Below, piece after piece: positions 26,001 to 34,588 of a stretch of DNA of 50,644 nucleotides (within the stretch, counting starts at the first letter, position 1; every line of letters begins with the position of its first letter). This DNA comes from a virus: positions 1 to 50,644 of IMG/VR virus record IMGVR_UViG_3300027868_000001. One strand, 5' to 3'. The position numbers and the translations under genes are program-made. The notes beneath the pieces were generated by a model. The model made no database searches and was not told the DNA's origin. It worked only from the letters and a program-made list of their open reading frames with translations.

Positions 26001-27241
26001 GCTTGAGCTTCGGCCAGTTGTTCACGGATTAACGCAATTTCCGGCCCGTCTTCCAGCGCTTCTTGATTTAATAATGATCCCACCTCTTCAGCGTTCAGAT
26101 AAATATCAGCCTGCCCGTATTCTTCCACCACGTTTTGAAGGTGTTGCGCAAAAACATCTGGAGAGCGTTGCAGGACTTTGGATTCTTTGGCCTTGTCCGC
26201 CATTTGTTGAATTTGGGACTGCTCACGAGTGAGTTTATTAATCGCACTAATCGAGGCGGTTTGTAAGCCGGTCGCGACTACGGTAGAAATTAAAGTGTCT
26301 ACTGCGGCACCAGGTCGTTCAGCCACGAATTCAGATAGGGTTTTATCAGGATTGATGGCAGCCCAGGCATTGGCGTCTTGCCAGAGGGTGGCCGCTTGCT
26401 CGGTGGGAATTTCTCTAGCCATTTGGCCGAGTATGGTTTTTACCAAACCGGTATCTTTAGCTAAATCATCGAATAATTTAAACGCTGGGATTCTTTCAGT
26501 CACCACTTCGGCCATGCCGTCACTTAATGCAAAGGTAAAGGCGTTGTAATTACTGAGACCCGCATCTTTAGCCCGAGCATAAGAAGTACCATAGGTCTGG
26601 GTACCCATGATGGCTAAAGCCGTGTTGGGGTTTCGAGTCGCTAGACCGGCACCCAAAGCCGTTAAATTGGTGAAAAAGGACTGAACACCGCTGATTACCG
26701 GGGCAGGGACGTAAGTTTCACCAGGCTTGGGTAAAGCCCTTTGACCTTTGGCTATTTCAGCTTGACCGATACCACCCAAATATCGACCCGCCGCACCAAA
26801 AAGATCTTGCTCTTTGATTTCTTCAGGTGACATAAAGGGCGTGAAGGGGGCTGTGGTAATGTCTGAAGCTAAGTCAAATAAAGATCCGGTCGCCGCATAA
26901 AGCCCACCAGAAGCCGTTAGAGCCGCTGCTTGGCCTATCTTGCCAACGTTCTTGGCTTCGCGCCCCACCGTCTCCCACCATTTCAGATTTTCTAGGTCGT
27001 CGCGAGAGACTTCAGCGTTTTTTCGTTCTCGTAAGAAATCAGCAAGCAGTGGGGAAAGGTCGTCATAATCGACTTGCGACTGGACTTCATTGGTATTTCT
27101 TTCCACGTAATCAGGGGGGAATCCGGTACGGTCAGAAAGATTGTAAATCTTGGCCGATTGGTCAGGGTTTTGCGCACGATCTAAATTTAGCTTTGTATCG
27201 CGTAGCGTTTCCTCCTCAAGTTCTTTAAAGAATTCACTCAT
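20033..27241 (-). CDS. giant internal-virion (ejected) polyvalent protein with zincin motif
   Basis: 2402 aa. HESGH at residues 1214-1218 (nt 23588-23602). LFVEEIQSD and GGEGMRGFYDRTLPNIFKK polyvalent-protein-type motifs. C-terminal TM segment and PLIREG (PLxRFG-like, nt 20309-20326). Sits in the T7 gp15/16 position. Confidence 0.65.
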   Translation of the reverse strand: MSEFFKELEEETLRDTKLNLDRAQNPDQSAKIYNLSDRTGFPPDYVERNTNEVQSQVDYDDLSPLLADFLRERKNAEVSRDDLENLKWWETVGREAKNVGKIGQAAALTASGGLYAATGSLFDLASDITTAPFTPFMSPEEIKEQDLFGAAGRYLGGIGQAEIAKGQRALPKPGETYVPAPVISGVQSFFTNLTALGAGLATRNPNTALAIMGTQTYGTSYARAKDAGLSNYNAFTFALSDGMAEVVTERIPAFKLFDDLAKDTGLVKTILGQMAREIPTEQAATLWQDANAWAAINPDKTLSEFVAERPGAAVDTLISTVVATGLQTASISAINKLTREQSQIQQMADKAKESKVLQRSPDVFAQHLQNVVEEYGQADIYLNAEEVGSLLNQEALEDGPEIALIREQLAEAQALGGDIVIPIEQAGPLLASKNYETLKPLMRLSPEYEGEADAAAILAEASQNVDLKTRADEIYAEVSQQLIETGRLTPAAAKTSATLIPAYVTTKAARTGLTVDEVYEMMGLKIVGPEAELTGAVLDQALEDKKEAAKTTINTLLIEEKVKPEDSFRGTSIAELQAIANLEELQVGRDFEGQPGISATLINDGQFPVYGEGVGILVPEQHTEASGRASEVLVNESTDPKDLRYVIEGEVLSFEELQEKYHDPDFKKEETEFFEEFLGKELFQDELGFFSGLSDAVGKLKQESGPAQQMLNTIKKQPGVKAEELEWTGLAEYLSAKKESGEKVTKQEIQDFVDSNGVQIEEVRKGAGISQESEDVLAQLEDREPRDLGGRTDADGTKFQDYQLPGGENYREVLLTLPAKQFDSNELKRVNARLKELDNSYNPETDYYDRDSGKEPTAHYREYTELTKRRIELEKGTPAESKQSGASGRRDEFKSTHFDEPNILAHVRLNDRIDSDGNKVLFVEEIQSDYGQDARKKGIEKRYKPEDVQPLIEGLPEASQPELFWYFRVPDNVLQIPKSKYKTEAEAKDYVVREKLARTGVPNAPFIGSTNAWAELAIKRILRIASEEGYDSVSWTTGEQQADRYDLSEKVEAIGYRKHGDEYELEITDKNLNEINLPQSRYKADELDSVVGKEIAEKIINGEGESNIYGTSLSGVDLKIGGEGMRGFYDRTLPNIFKKVARKLDKSAKVSVVDLPDIGEVFNVSLTDKAKGSALEGQPLFQDEQKGVRGKILLLPDSAIIQLTEASNLSTFLHESGHLFLAMEEKIYGHPKATPQIKADGDEILKWLGVESFADLNRYEVDPKTKKRVRTKESTDALEKFARGFERYLSEGKAPSIGLQSAFRRFAAWLKQVYRDLTRLNVELNDEVRGVMDRMLATDQEIDRVKGNFDPLFESAEDAGMTQAEYKTYSKQSTSEGAKELLQTKMVKQLERTYKKWWKDESAVVAKGVREELIKNPLYSATETLKSSEGPKLSKAKVHAELGQITPRFRGMTAEDGMDSDDLAALFGFASGNELIHVIEESPTLAQETQRLTESEMVRRHGDILNDGTIQEEAEAAVRNPERARKLITELNAIARKNNTNAIDRDALKVYAKETIAKLPFSKIRPAQYRSAEIRAAKQSVEAKNKGDFGAAQKAKTQELMNFYLSREATQVREKTLRIRASLQSIKGRKFDSKKYNNEIVNEAKVLISVFDFRKSNRESVELAEARLKGVRNWIESQQKDPDTYLVEAEILGKLTAWNDMTSEDLRGLNDIVTSIIKSAKLVDTEAYKANIDQGREWLKENRIENYETEVDTDTPWVKAKRITQELFSSLRKMESLVRQADGMNEQGWLWKQTIKPLLDASTTALTMRTDAHKHLNEMFEGYENAFNGLRDKRTFTLDSGRKVSLSYGARLSLALNMGNESNREALLNQEKLLPDDQPLMTENDLDKIVATLSDKDWDLVQNVWDYIDTYWKDISALEIRRSGAAPEKVQPAPFVTSSGKEMKGGYYPLVGDPLSDPKQQEIDTQYQSFMAGGAAKLSTKHGSTIERVGFGGRKVDLSVNVLFNHIDGVIHDLTHWEPVRDVSRVLKNRKIKSELITSLGLAGEATITNRLKEVASGPQKINGLRGIERFLRHARLAATYSALGYSVRTSLMNTLGLTTGIAELDAKIVAAASVEFYANPNKMSDFIQSKSEYMVNRGEVINRDIAQIRQNLKGNTAFNKIKNNAFGMMTLTDRAITRPIWLAAYRQGESMFETEQEAIDHADRVVARTQGSGLDLDLANVETRSELMKTMTVMFSAMSAIYNISVEQVKRYKAGKISKTDLLLKMGWLIVIPGIVEMLISGGGDDEPAKEITESVVYYGLGLFPLIREGASYAKYGSSFPTPAAQLATYPFEAMDLVYDTLHPDEEVTKKEMMRFLSSTAGVFHVPGGRQFERTAGYLIDLQDNEIDEFSPYGLIVTGKE

Positions 27242-28796
27242 ATTCAGGTATCAGGCCGTCACGTATCATTTTGTCTCGAATGCGAATCATGGTTTGATCG
27301 TCGGGCGGTTCCCCGTAAATTTCCTCATATTCCGTTGCTTTGTCTTCTAACTTTTTACGATCGGCCTCTACGGGAGGCAATTCAAATCTGAATGTCTTGC
27401 CACCGGTTTTAAAGCCAAAGAACGTATTGGCACTCCAATCGTAAACAGAGGACATAATTTCCTGCTGATCTTTAAAGCCTAATTCTTTACCTGGATTAGC
27501 TCTAACCCATAATTCGTATTCTCGTTTTAATCGTTGGTCAGCCAAACCATTATCTTCTTCGCTCAAATTAAAGCGCTTGGCCCAAGTGTTAAACTCAGAG
27601 CGTAGCGAGTCTATGGGTTCAGGTTCTTCTGAGGCGCCTGCAAAACGTTTTGACAGCTCTTTGAACTCAGCCGGGGCTAATCGATGACCTTCTTTTAAAA
27701 ATGTCTGATAAGCCTCTTTTGGGGAGTCGGCTAGCATCATGTTTAAATTATGATAAAGGGCAAAGTCTGTGGTTTGTTTGCCACCTGTTAATAATTGGGC
27801 CTGTTGGTCGCCGGTCATACCGTCCCACTGCTCAGGATTTTGCTGTATCCATTCACCGATAGAAGACCCAGCGTTTAGCGCCTTGCGAGCATCGCTGTAA
27901 TTTTCTGAAAACAATTCACCCTTAGCCGTTCTTTCCATTGCATAATCGTGCTCAACTTGAATTTGTGCCGCTTTGCGAATATCGGGATCTTTGATCTTTC
28001 TCACACTGTCCAGGCGTTCGGTTAAATCACCACCTTGCGCTCGTATTTCATCGGCCTTGATCATGCCTTCTTGATTCACCAAACGATTATTGACGTTCTC
28101 CAACATGCTTTTCCGAACATCGGTAGGAATCAGCTCAGCAGGCCCTTCGTTGTTGGCCAACATTTGTTGTTGAGTTTTCAGGTCTTGAACTTGAATAGTT
28201 CCTATAGCGGCATCAGTGCCGACTTTTTTCCGCATGATCTGAGCATTGTCAGCGTCCACATAACCCACTAATTCAGCGGTACCTATGGCGTCATTCATGG
28301 TGTCAAAGGCACTTTCTCTGTCAGCGTTGGTCGTCGCATTTAACGCAATTTCACGATTATCATCTAAAATCTGTTGAAGGGTAGCGAGACCGGACTCCGT
28401 TTCTTTGCTAAAAGCGAAGTCTTTCATTGACTCCACGCCTTGAGCGCGAGAAAGAGAAATATCGTCTTTGAAAATTTCTTTCATCCGTGAGTTAGTAATC
28501 ATTTCACCGGCTTGCTCTTCGGCCTTACCTAATGCTTCGTTATAACGTTCAACATAGGTTTCAAAGTCATTATCTTGGTCAAACGCATTATCGGCTGCTA
28601 GCTTCGCTTTAGACCAATGAGTCTTGGCTTTCTGGAGATTCATCGCGTCTTGGCGGTCTTTAATCCCCGCCCCAAACGCTTCAACAGTCTGACCTAATTG
28701 CTGAAATCCAGACGTGTCAAAATTCCCTGTGACCACGTTGCTGCGATCTTGGGGAATCCGAGCGCCTAATTGTTGAGCGGTGGGAAGTTTTGGCAT
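27234..28796 (-). CDS. internal virion protein (helical)
   Basis: 520 aa; position between the tail tubular genes and the giant protein. Confidence 0.5.
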   Translation of the reverse strand: MPKLPTAQQLGARIPQDRSNVVTGNFDTSGFQQLGQTVEAFGAGIKDRQDAMNLQKAKTHWSKAKLAADNAFDQDNDFETYVERYNEALGKAEEQAGEMITNSRMKEIFKDDISLSRAQGVESMKDFAFSKETESGLATLQQILDDNREIALNATTNADRESAFDTMNDAIGTAELVGYVDADNAQIMRKKVGTDAAIGTIQVQDLKTQQQMLANNEGPAELIPTDVRKSMLENVNNRLVNQEGMIKADEIRAQGGDLTERLDSVRKIKDPDIRKAAQIQVEHDYAMERTAKGELFSENYSDARKALNAGSSIGEWIQQNPEQWDGMTGDQQAQLLTGGKQTTDFALYHNLNMMLADSPKEAYQTFLKEGHRLAPAEFKELSKRFAGASEEPEPIDSLRSEFNTWAKRFNLSEEDNGLADQRLKREYELWVRANPGKELGFKDQQEIMSSVYDWSANTFFGFKTGGKTFRFELPPVEADRKKLEDKATEYEEIYGEPPDDQTMIRIRDKMIRDGLIPEYE

Positions 28797-29257
28797 TAAC
28801 CGTACCTTGAAGCGAAGGATTCGCCGGACGTTAAAATAGTACTAAAAGCACTGGCCCGACTTTGAGTTTTCGCGCTCTTTCCTTCAGCAATCGCCATATT
28901 AGCCGCGAGTCTTTTGCTGCGAGCCGAAGACTTGCCAGCATATAACGCCGCAAGAGCATTATAAGCCCCTTGTTCGTCGATATCGCCAATCGTATCTACA
29001 ACGTTGGGGCTGTCAAAACCTGTCCCAGAAGCGCCCGTTAAGGCTCTAACTCTGGAAGTAAGGTATTCGGCTTTTTTACTCTCTTCTCTGGCAACCAACT
29101 GAGATTCAGCTTGATCCGCCAAACCTTGCTCTCGCAATTGTTTCGCACGTATGGCCGCTGTCTGTTCTTGGATATTGCCTTGCGCTATCGTAGAGCCAAC
29201 AGCGACAGCGGCACCAGCGGCCTGCATGTAAGGGGCCGCCGCGGCTAGAAACGCCAT
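28796..29257 (-). CDS. internal virion protein (Ala/Gly-rich N-terminus)
   Basis: 153 aa; hydrophobic MAFLAAAAPYMQAAGAAVAVG start followed by a helical region. Confidence 0.45.
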   Translation of the reverse strand: MAFLAAAAPYMQAAGAAVAVGSTIAQGNIQEQTAAIRAKQLREQGLADQAESQLVAREESKKAEYLTSRVRALTGASGTGFDSPNVVDTIGDIDEQGAYNALAALYAGKSSARSKRLAANMAIAEGKSAKTQSRASAFSTILTSGESFASRYG

Positions 29258-29577
29258 AAATCCCCCGCGAAATGCTTAATAAAGCCATCAGACGTTGATA
29301 GCTCTGTGTTTTGCACAATAATAGTATCCGGCTTAACGAAAGGTTTTAAGGCTCGCCAGCCCTTAATTAAGGCTCGTTTAATGGGCAAAGTAATATCAAC
29401 AGTGTTTTCAAACAGCAAAAACGTCTCAACACCGGATCGTATGACACAGCCTAAAATTAGCACCTTGCCATCTTCTACACCGGCAAACCCCTGAACCGTA
29501 TAGGGAGGTGGGTCTTTGTCCACTTGTAACCATAATTTCAGCGTTAATGGCACAATGTCTATTTTACGATTTATCAT
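29245..29577 (-). CDS. hypothetical virion-module protein
   Basis: 110-aa ORF. Confidence 0.55.
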   Translation of the reverse strand: MINRKIDIVPLTLKLWLQVDKDPPPYTVQGFAGVEDGKVLILGCVIRSGVETFLLFENTVDITLPIKRALIKGWRALKPFVKPDTIIVQNTELSTSDGFIKHFAGDLWRF

Positions 29578-32215
29578 GAGTTTCCAAACTGTACACTAAA
29601 GCTAACAAAGTCACGGGTTTGGGCGCTGAGCCTTGCAAACAAATTCTTGAGTCAGTATCCCATTCACCATCAAAAGGAAAAGTGGGTTCGTCATAATTAG
29701 AGTGAACCACATCCGTACTCACTGTCTGCCCGTCTTCCACAGCAGGAAGGTCGAATAAACTATCAAAAGTCGCACCGTATTGAAAAGCTTGGGGGTGCAT
29801 GTTTCTGGCAATAACGCCTAACTGATTGACTTTTTTAACCTGGAGCAATGACGTTCCCATTCTGGCGCCATACGCCAATTTTACAGACTTGTACTGCCAG
29901 TTATACGTCAATCCGGCACACGCGGAGGTAACAGGCTCAGAAAGGGTAATTTGCCCCCCAGAGACCGTGTAAGCCCCCAGGTCTTTACCATTCCCCCACA
30001 CAACCACCGATTCGCCTTCAAGATGAGTCAGCCCCGTTAATGTACTGGTACTTCCACCGGCATAGTAAACAAAAGAATCCGCTATTTTACCCGTTTCCCC
30101 GCCCTCAGCGTTAGACTCAAACGCCCATTTTTCCCGGTATCGAACAACAGAACCGTTAATCGTTCGTCTTACGGTGTAGTAAACCGCGTCCTCTGCTTCA
30201 CCCGCTTGTGCAGGAAAAACATAAGCGTCCTCGATCTGACCGCCAAGAGTATTAATATCCACCCAAGCTAAGGTATTTTCAGCGTCATCTTTTACCAGTA
30301 AAGCCACTGTTCCATCGGATTTCACACAATGGACTCTCGTGTCTGGCTTTTTCTGTATGGCCAAACGAGTGATAAAAGGTTCGCCAATCTCGGGTATGAG
30401 TTGAGATAAATCAACAGACTTATAATCTTCTAAATCAAATTGTAATTGATAAAGATGATTTCCAGAGCGTTGGACAAAAAACCCAATAGATCCGTCATTA
30501 ATAGGGCCAACACGCGAAGATCCTTGGCGCGAAGGGGCTTTAATATTAAAGTTGGTCGGGGTTAACGGCTCATCAAAGGAGGTAGAGCGCGCTGATTTCT
30601 CACTGGTGGCCGTGCCTATCATCAGCCGCTGCATGGGTAATAACCAGTTCACCACATCCACAGGGCCTGACCCAAAGGTTCGATTAATAGGCCCGGAATC
30701 CCCTACAACATCATTATCGTGTGATTCGTATCCATCCGATACCGAACCCCATATCCCGCCTTTACCCGAAAACCACAATCGGCTTTCATAAAATCCCACA
30801 GCCGATGGCCAGCCTTGATGGTCTGACCATTGTGATCGGTACCAATCACCGGTAGCGTCGGTGGCTCCCATGGCGACCAGGACAACCGCATCGACTACTG
30901 TGGTGCTGGTGTAAGACGTGACCCTTGCAATACCAGTTAATGACCCGCCTGAGAAGGCTAAGGACAGCTCAACCGTACCAGAGGTAAAGTCTCCGGTCTT
31001 AACGCCTATTCGATAGTAATATTGCAAATTATCCAGGCCGTCACTAAAAGTAACAGAGGTATTGGTTGTGTAAGTTTCAACATCTTCCCAGGTGGCATCA
31101 TCGGTAGACCTTTGCAGAGTAACAGTGGCCGACCAAGTGCCTGCAATGGAAAGACTGAAATCTCTTGAGGTTCCAACCCCCGTCACTAAAATTGAGCCTG
31201 TAAACTCATCTTGAGCTGTGACAGAAGCTTGAACAGTCTGTCCTGCTGATGTGAGCTTATACAACTCTCCTACCATCGTAGACTTCCAATAAGCTTTAGA
31301 GGTAGTGAGCGTAATATCACCTGTTAAAGCCGATGGAGCGATAGTAATGGCGCTGATATTAATATTGCCAAAGGGGCCGTCATCCGGTTGAAATAAAACC
31401 ACAGACCAGGAATTATTGTCCCGTCGTTCAATGCGTCTTTGTTGGTACGTGCCATCAGAAAGAAAGACCACGTCTCCAGATTGGTCTGATCGAATATTAC
31501 TCAGATCATTAGCCGTCCAGGGAGTAGGAAGTGTCAGTGTGCCAGAACTCTCAACCGCTACTGAGTCCACCAAAACCGTGTGGCTCAATGCAGAAGAAAA
31601 CTCAATAACAAAATTGCCTGTCGGAGTAAACGCGAGCGAATGAGTGCCTGTTTTTAATAAGGCTGAAACATAAGAATCATCACCCGCCGTTGTCCCTACC
31701 TTCAAAACAACAGGGCCGCGTTCGATAATAATCCTTAAAGCGTGCTCTGTGGAAACTTCATTAACCGTTACAGTCTGGTCTCGTTTGGCTGAATTAGTAC
31801 CGGTTCCTAACAACGCAAGATATCCACCCGTTAACCAGGTAGACGCCGCTCCAGATTCATCAGTATCGTTCCAACTGGTCAGATTGGATGTAAATAATCC
31901 ATTAGTGACCGCCGCCGTGACAGTGGCTCTTGAGATTAAAGCATCATCCACCCAAATCCTCATCAAAGCCGCTGTCAGTTCGATTTCAGCTAAATCATCA
32001 GCGGCAAAGATAAAGGGAATGGATATTGATTGATTGGGTCTAGCACCGGTGTATTCAAGACCAGGGCGGAAGGTGGCAGAGCCTAGGGTTCTAGGAATTA
32101 AATTGGTTTGAACATCAGCAGAAAGGGCTGTACGGTCAAGATCTGTTCTGGCCAACGCCAAAGGAGATATACGACCCCTGTTAAAAGCCTGGAGAACAGG
32201 ATTAACTTTTGCCAT
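29564..32215 (-). CDS. tail tubular protein B / nozzle (T7 gp12-like)
   Basis: 883 aa; directly after the gp11-like gene; N-terminal FNRGRISPLALARTDLDR...RPG motif. Confidence 0.6.
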   Translation of the reverse strand: MAKVNPVLQAFNRGRISPLALARTDLDRTALSADVQTNLIPRTLGSATFRPGLEYTGARPNQSISIPFIFAADDLAEIELTAALMRIWVDDALISRATVTAAVTNGLFTSNLTSWNDTDESGAASTWLTGGYLALLGTGTNSAKRDQTVTVNEVSTEHALRIIIERGPVVLKVGTTAGDDSYVSALLKTGTHSLAFTPTGNFVIEFSSALSHTVLVDSVAVESSGTLTLPTPWTANDLSNIRSDQSGDVVFLSDGTYQQRRIERRDNNSWSVVLFQPDDGPFGNINISAITIAPSALTGDITLTTSKAYWKSTMVGELYKLTSAGQTVQASVTAQDEFTGSILVTGVGTSRDFSLSIAGTWSATVTLQRSTDDATWEDVETYTTNTSVTFSDGLDNLQYYYRIGVKTGDFTSGTVELSLAFSGGSLTGIARVTSYTSTTVVDAVVLVAMGATDATGDWYRSQWSDHQGWPSAVGFYESRLWFSGKGGIWGSVSDGYESHDNDVVGDSGPINRTFGSGPVDVVNWLLPMQRLMIGTATSEKSARSTSFDEPLTPTNFNIKAPSRQGSSRVGPINDGSIGFFVQRSGNHLYQLQFDLEDYKSVDLSQLIPEIGEPFITRLAIQKKPDTRVHCVKSDGTVALLVKDDAENTLAWVDINTLGGQIEDAYVFPAQAGEAEDAVYYTVRRTINGSVVRYREKWAFESNAEGGETGKIADSFVYYAGGSTSTLTGLTHLEGESVVVWGNGKDLGAYTVSGGQITLSEPVTSACAGLTYNWQYKSVKLAYGARMGTSLLQVKKVNQLGVIARNMHPQAFQYGATFDSLFDLPAVEDGQTVSTDVVHSNYDEPTFPFDGEWDTDSRICLQGSAPKPVTLLALVYSLETHDKS

Positions 32216-32219
32216 TTAA

Positions 32220-32855
32220 TTAACCAAAAATAGGGCCTCTACTGGATTCGCCCGTTCCTCTGCGTCGTGATCGTGCCCAGGAGCTTTGAGCTAAAAAGCG
32301 AGTGGGGTTTTCCTGACCATCCATAGAGCGGGCTTGTGTTTGATATTCTTTCATCTGCTTATCAAGTCGTTCCTGTAAATCTTTCGACTTGCTTAGTGCA
32401 TACGCCAACTCTTGAGCCATGTACGCTGCTGTCATCTGCTCGAATAAAGTAGACCATTTGGAATAGTCCTTACCGTAAGCGATATCTTTAGAGACATATT
32501 TCAAATAAATTAATTGAAAGTCACAAAAGAAATAATCTGCCTCTTTTGAATAGATTCTCAAAGGGTAAGAAAAATATTCATCCGTGGAAATCTGAGATAA
32601 ATGCACGTAATCAGAGGGAATATCAAACGCATACTGAAAACCAAAATCAGGCTCTATGGCCGCGTTGTAGTTCCACTCCATAGCCTTCTGTGCAAACGTC
32701 CAATTATAACGCTCCAGCATCATCAGTGGAGGGTCTTCATCCCAAATAGTATCCAGGTGGTACCGCGAGGGAACGTTGTCTGTCACTGTGGACAGTTTAC
32801 GTTCTCCAACACGTCGTAAGGCACCGTTATAAAGACTCAGTTTGCTCGCTGTCAT
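32220..32855 (-). CDS. tail tubular protein A / adaptor (T7 gp11-like)
   Basis: 211 aa; LYNGALRRVGERKLS...ERYNWTF parallels gp11 NDILASIGEPPVS...SRGWTFN. Confidence 0.55.
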   Translation of the reverse strand: MTASKLSLYNGALRRVGERKLSTVTDNVPSRYHLDTIWDEDPPLMMLERYNWTFAQKAMEWNYNAAIEPDFGFQYAFDIPSDYVHLSQISTDEYFSYPLRIYSKEADYFFCDFQLIYLKYVSKDIAYGKDYSKWSTLFEQMTAAYMAQELAYALSKSKDLQERLDKQMKEYQTQARSMDGQENPTRFLAQSSWARSRRRGTGESSRGPIFG

Positions 32856-33358
32856 AAGCTATTGATGTACTTCTCCAGACTGGATTCAGCCACTTCTTTG
32901 GATTCAAGATGCTCTTCAATAATGTGCTTGTCTTTAACGCGAATTATAGTGAACTTCTTTTTACCACGAAATTCAATCATAAAATCTTCTCGTTTTGCAC
33001 GAATAGAATCATCTTCAATCGGCACATACATTAATTCGCGGATCTTGAGACTGCCATTATTAAGGCGTATCGCCAAGACTTCAGCGTAATAAGCGCCGTC
33101 CTCTCGATAAACCTCAACGACTTGACCTTGATGCTTAGGCTCTCTTACTGAGAACTTATCACTGACCAGATCCCAGAATTCAGGCTCTAGAAGGTCTGCT
33201 AATTCCACTTGTGAAGGTGGGTTCGCTCGCCACCGAAACACCCCCATAGGGGTAGCGGTTAGCGTTAAATGCCGACTTAATAACTTAAACTTCTTTGGCT
33301 CTCTTGCCTGTTCCATTTGAAAAATCCTCTTAAAAAGATAGCCCTCCTGAGAGGGCAT
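32852..33358 (-). CDS. hypothetical virion-module protein
   Basis: 168-aa ORF. Confidence 0.6.
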   Translation of the reverse strand: MPSQEGYLFKRIFQMEQAREPKKFKLLSRHLTLTATPMGVFRWRANPPSQVELADLLEPEFWDLVSDKFSVREPKHQGQVVEVYREDGAYYAEVLAIRLNNGSLKIRELMYVPIEDDSIRAKREDFMIEFRGKKKFTIIRVKDKHIIEEHLESKEVAESSLEKYINSL

Positions 33359-33363
33359 TAAAT

Positions 33364-33624
33364 TTAGCTGGATTCAATCACTACAGTGACTCCAGTAGAG
33401 CTAACAGCATCAACATAAGTAATGGTCATCTTGTTAAGGCTGGATGTAGTGTCGTAAACTTTCACCATATCGCCTAAAGCCATTCCTAAATCTTGACCGT
33501 TAGTAAAATAGCCAGTCCCATCAACAGTCCCAACAAGGTCAGTTGAATTGTAAATCCAGGATTGTCCTGCACCAGCAGGAGTGCTGGACTCCAGACCAGG
33601 AGGGTTAGTAGTTGCGTAAGCCAT
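33364..33624 (-). CDS. small conserved capsid-adjacent protein
   Basis: 86 aa immediately downstream of the capsid gene; W.Y.S.D....V...GYF pattern. Confidence 0.55.
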   Translation of the reverse strand: MAYATTNPPGLESSTPAGAGQSWIYNSTDLVGTVDGTGYFTNGQDLGMALGDMVKVYDTTSSLNKMTITYVDAVSSTGVTVVIESS

Positions 33625-33635
33625 AAGTCACCTCC

Positions 33636-34472
33636 TTAAAGGGTGGTATCAATGTGTAGCATTTTTCGGACGCCAACGTTTTGCAACAGCTTGGAGCCGA
33701 AAAATCCAGTACAGCGAGTGTAAAAGTAATCGTCTTCGTCGTTGTAGCCGCCTTGAAGATCAGGGTGGCCATTAGCAATGGCGTGACCAATCGCGTCTTT
33801 GTGATACATGTAGCATGTAGCAGACGCTGATCCCATATTGTCTAAACGAGTTGAACGAATGAAGTTAATCCCAGCCCAATTCCACATTTTCCTGGCAGGG
33901 CCTGAGAAAGGTTTGACATCAACCCAGTCACCGCTTGAAAACTCATTGATTTGCATCAATACAGCCCAGGCCGCAGGGGTTAGAAGACAGAACATCTTGT
34001 CCTCTTGCTCGATGTCCACATCCTGCTCTCCCAGCTCTTTAAAGTGGCCTAAAATCCAATTCAAAGAAGCCGCTTTGGCTGTAGTGTCACCCAGAGTTGC
34101 AGCGCCCAAACCCGCCGAACCTAAAATGTCAGAATCAATTTTACGATTCATAACACCGATAGAACTCATTTGGGAAATTCGCCGGGCATCACCTTGAGAT
34201 TCAAACACATTGAATCCAGTGCGAACTGGTTTGTCATGCCATTCGACCAGAGTACAGGTATTTTGGGTTAAGTCGTCGTTACGGGCAGGGATACGACCGT
34301 CTAGGCCGCGTGTAACTGGTGTGGCGTCACCAGAACCGGCTACTAAAAAAGTAGCGACGTTACCGTCAAGCATGTGCTCAGTAGTAACGGTTGCGCGCAA
34401 AAGCGCTTGGTGTTGTTCAAAAGACGCAATCGTTTCATTGCGATAGCGCGTCATGGGGGCATTGGAAGCCAT
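33636..34472 (-). CDS. major capsid protein
   Basis: 278 aa; 117-nt leader and strong SD AGGAGGTG; order portal-scaffold-capsid. Confidence 0.7.
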   Translation of the reverse strand: MASNAPMTRYRNETIASFEQHQALLRATVTTEHMLDGNVATFLVAGSGDATPVTRGLDGRIPARNDDLTQNTCTLVEWHDKPVRTGFNVFESQGDARRISQMSSIGVMNRKIDSDILGSAGLGAATLGDTTAKAASLNWILGHFKELGEQDVDIEQEDKMFCLLTPAAWAVLMQINEFSSGDWVDVKPFSGPARKMWNWAGINFIRSTRLDNMGSASATCYMYHKDAIGHAIANGHPDLQGGYNDEDDYFYTRCTGFFGSKLLQNVGVRKMLHIDTTL

Positions 34473-34588
34473 ATGGCACCTCCTGATTCAGTAAAAAGGC
34501 ACTCTTTCGAGTCGTTTTTATCGAAATCGGGTTGTCCAAACAGCTAACGGAGGGTTGCCTGTGAAGGGCCTTGTTAGGTCTTTAGAGC

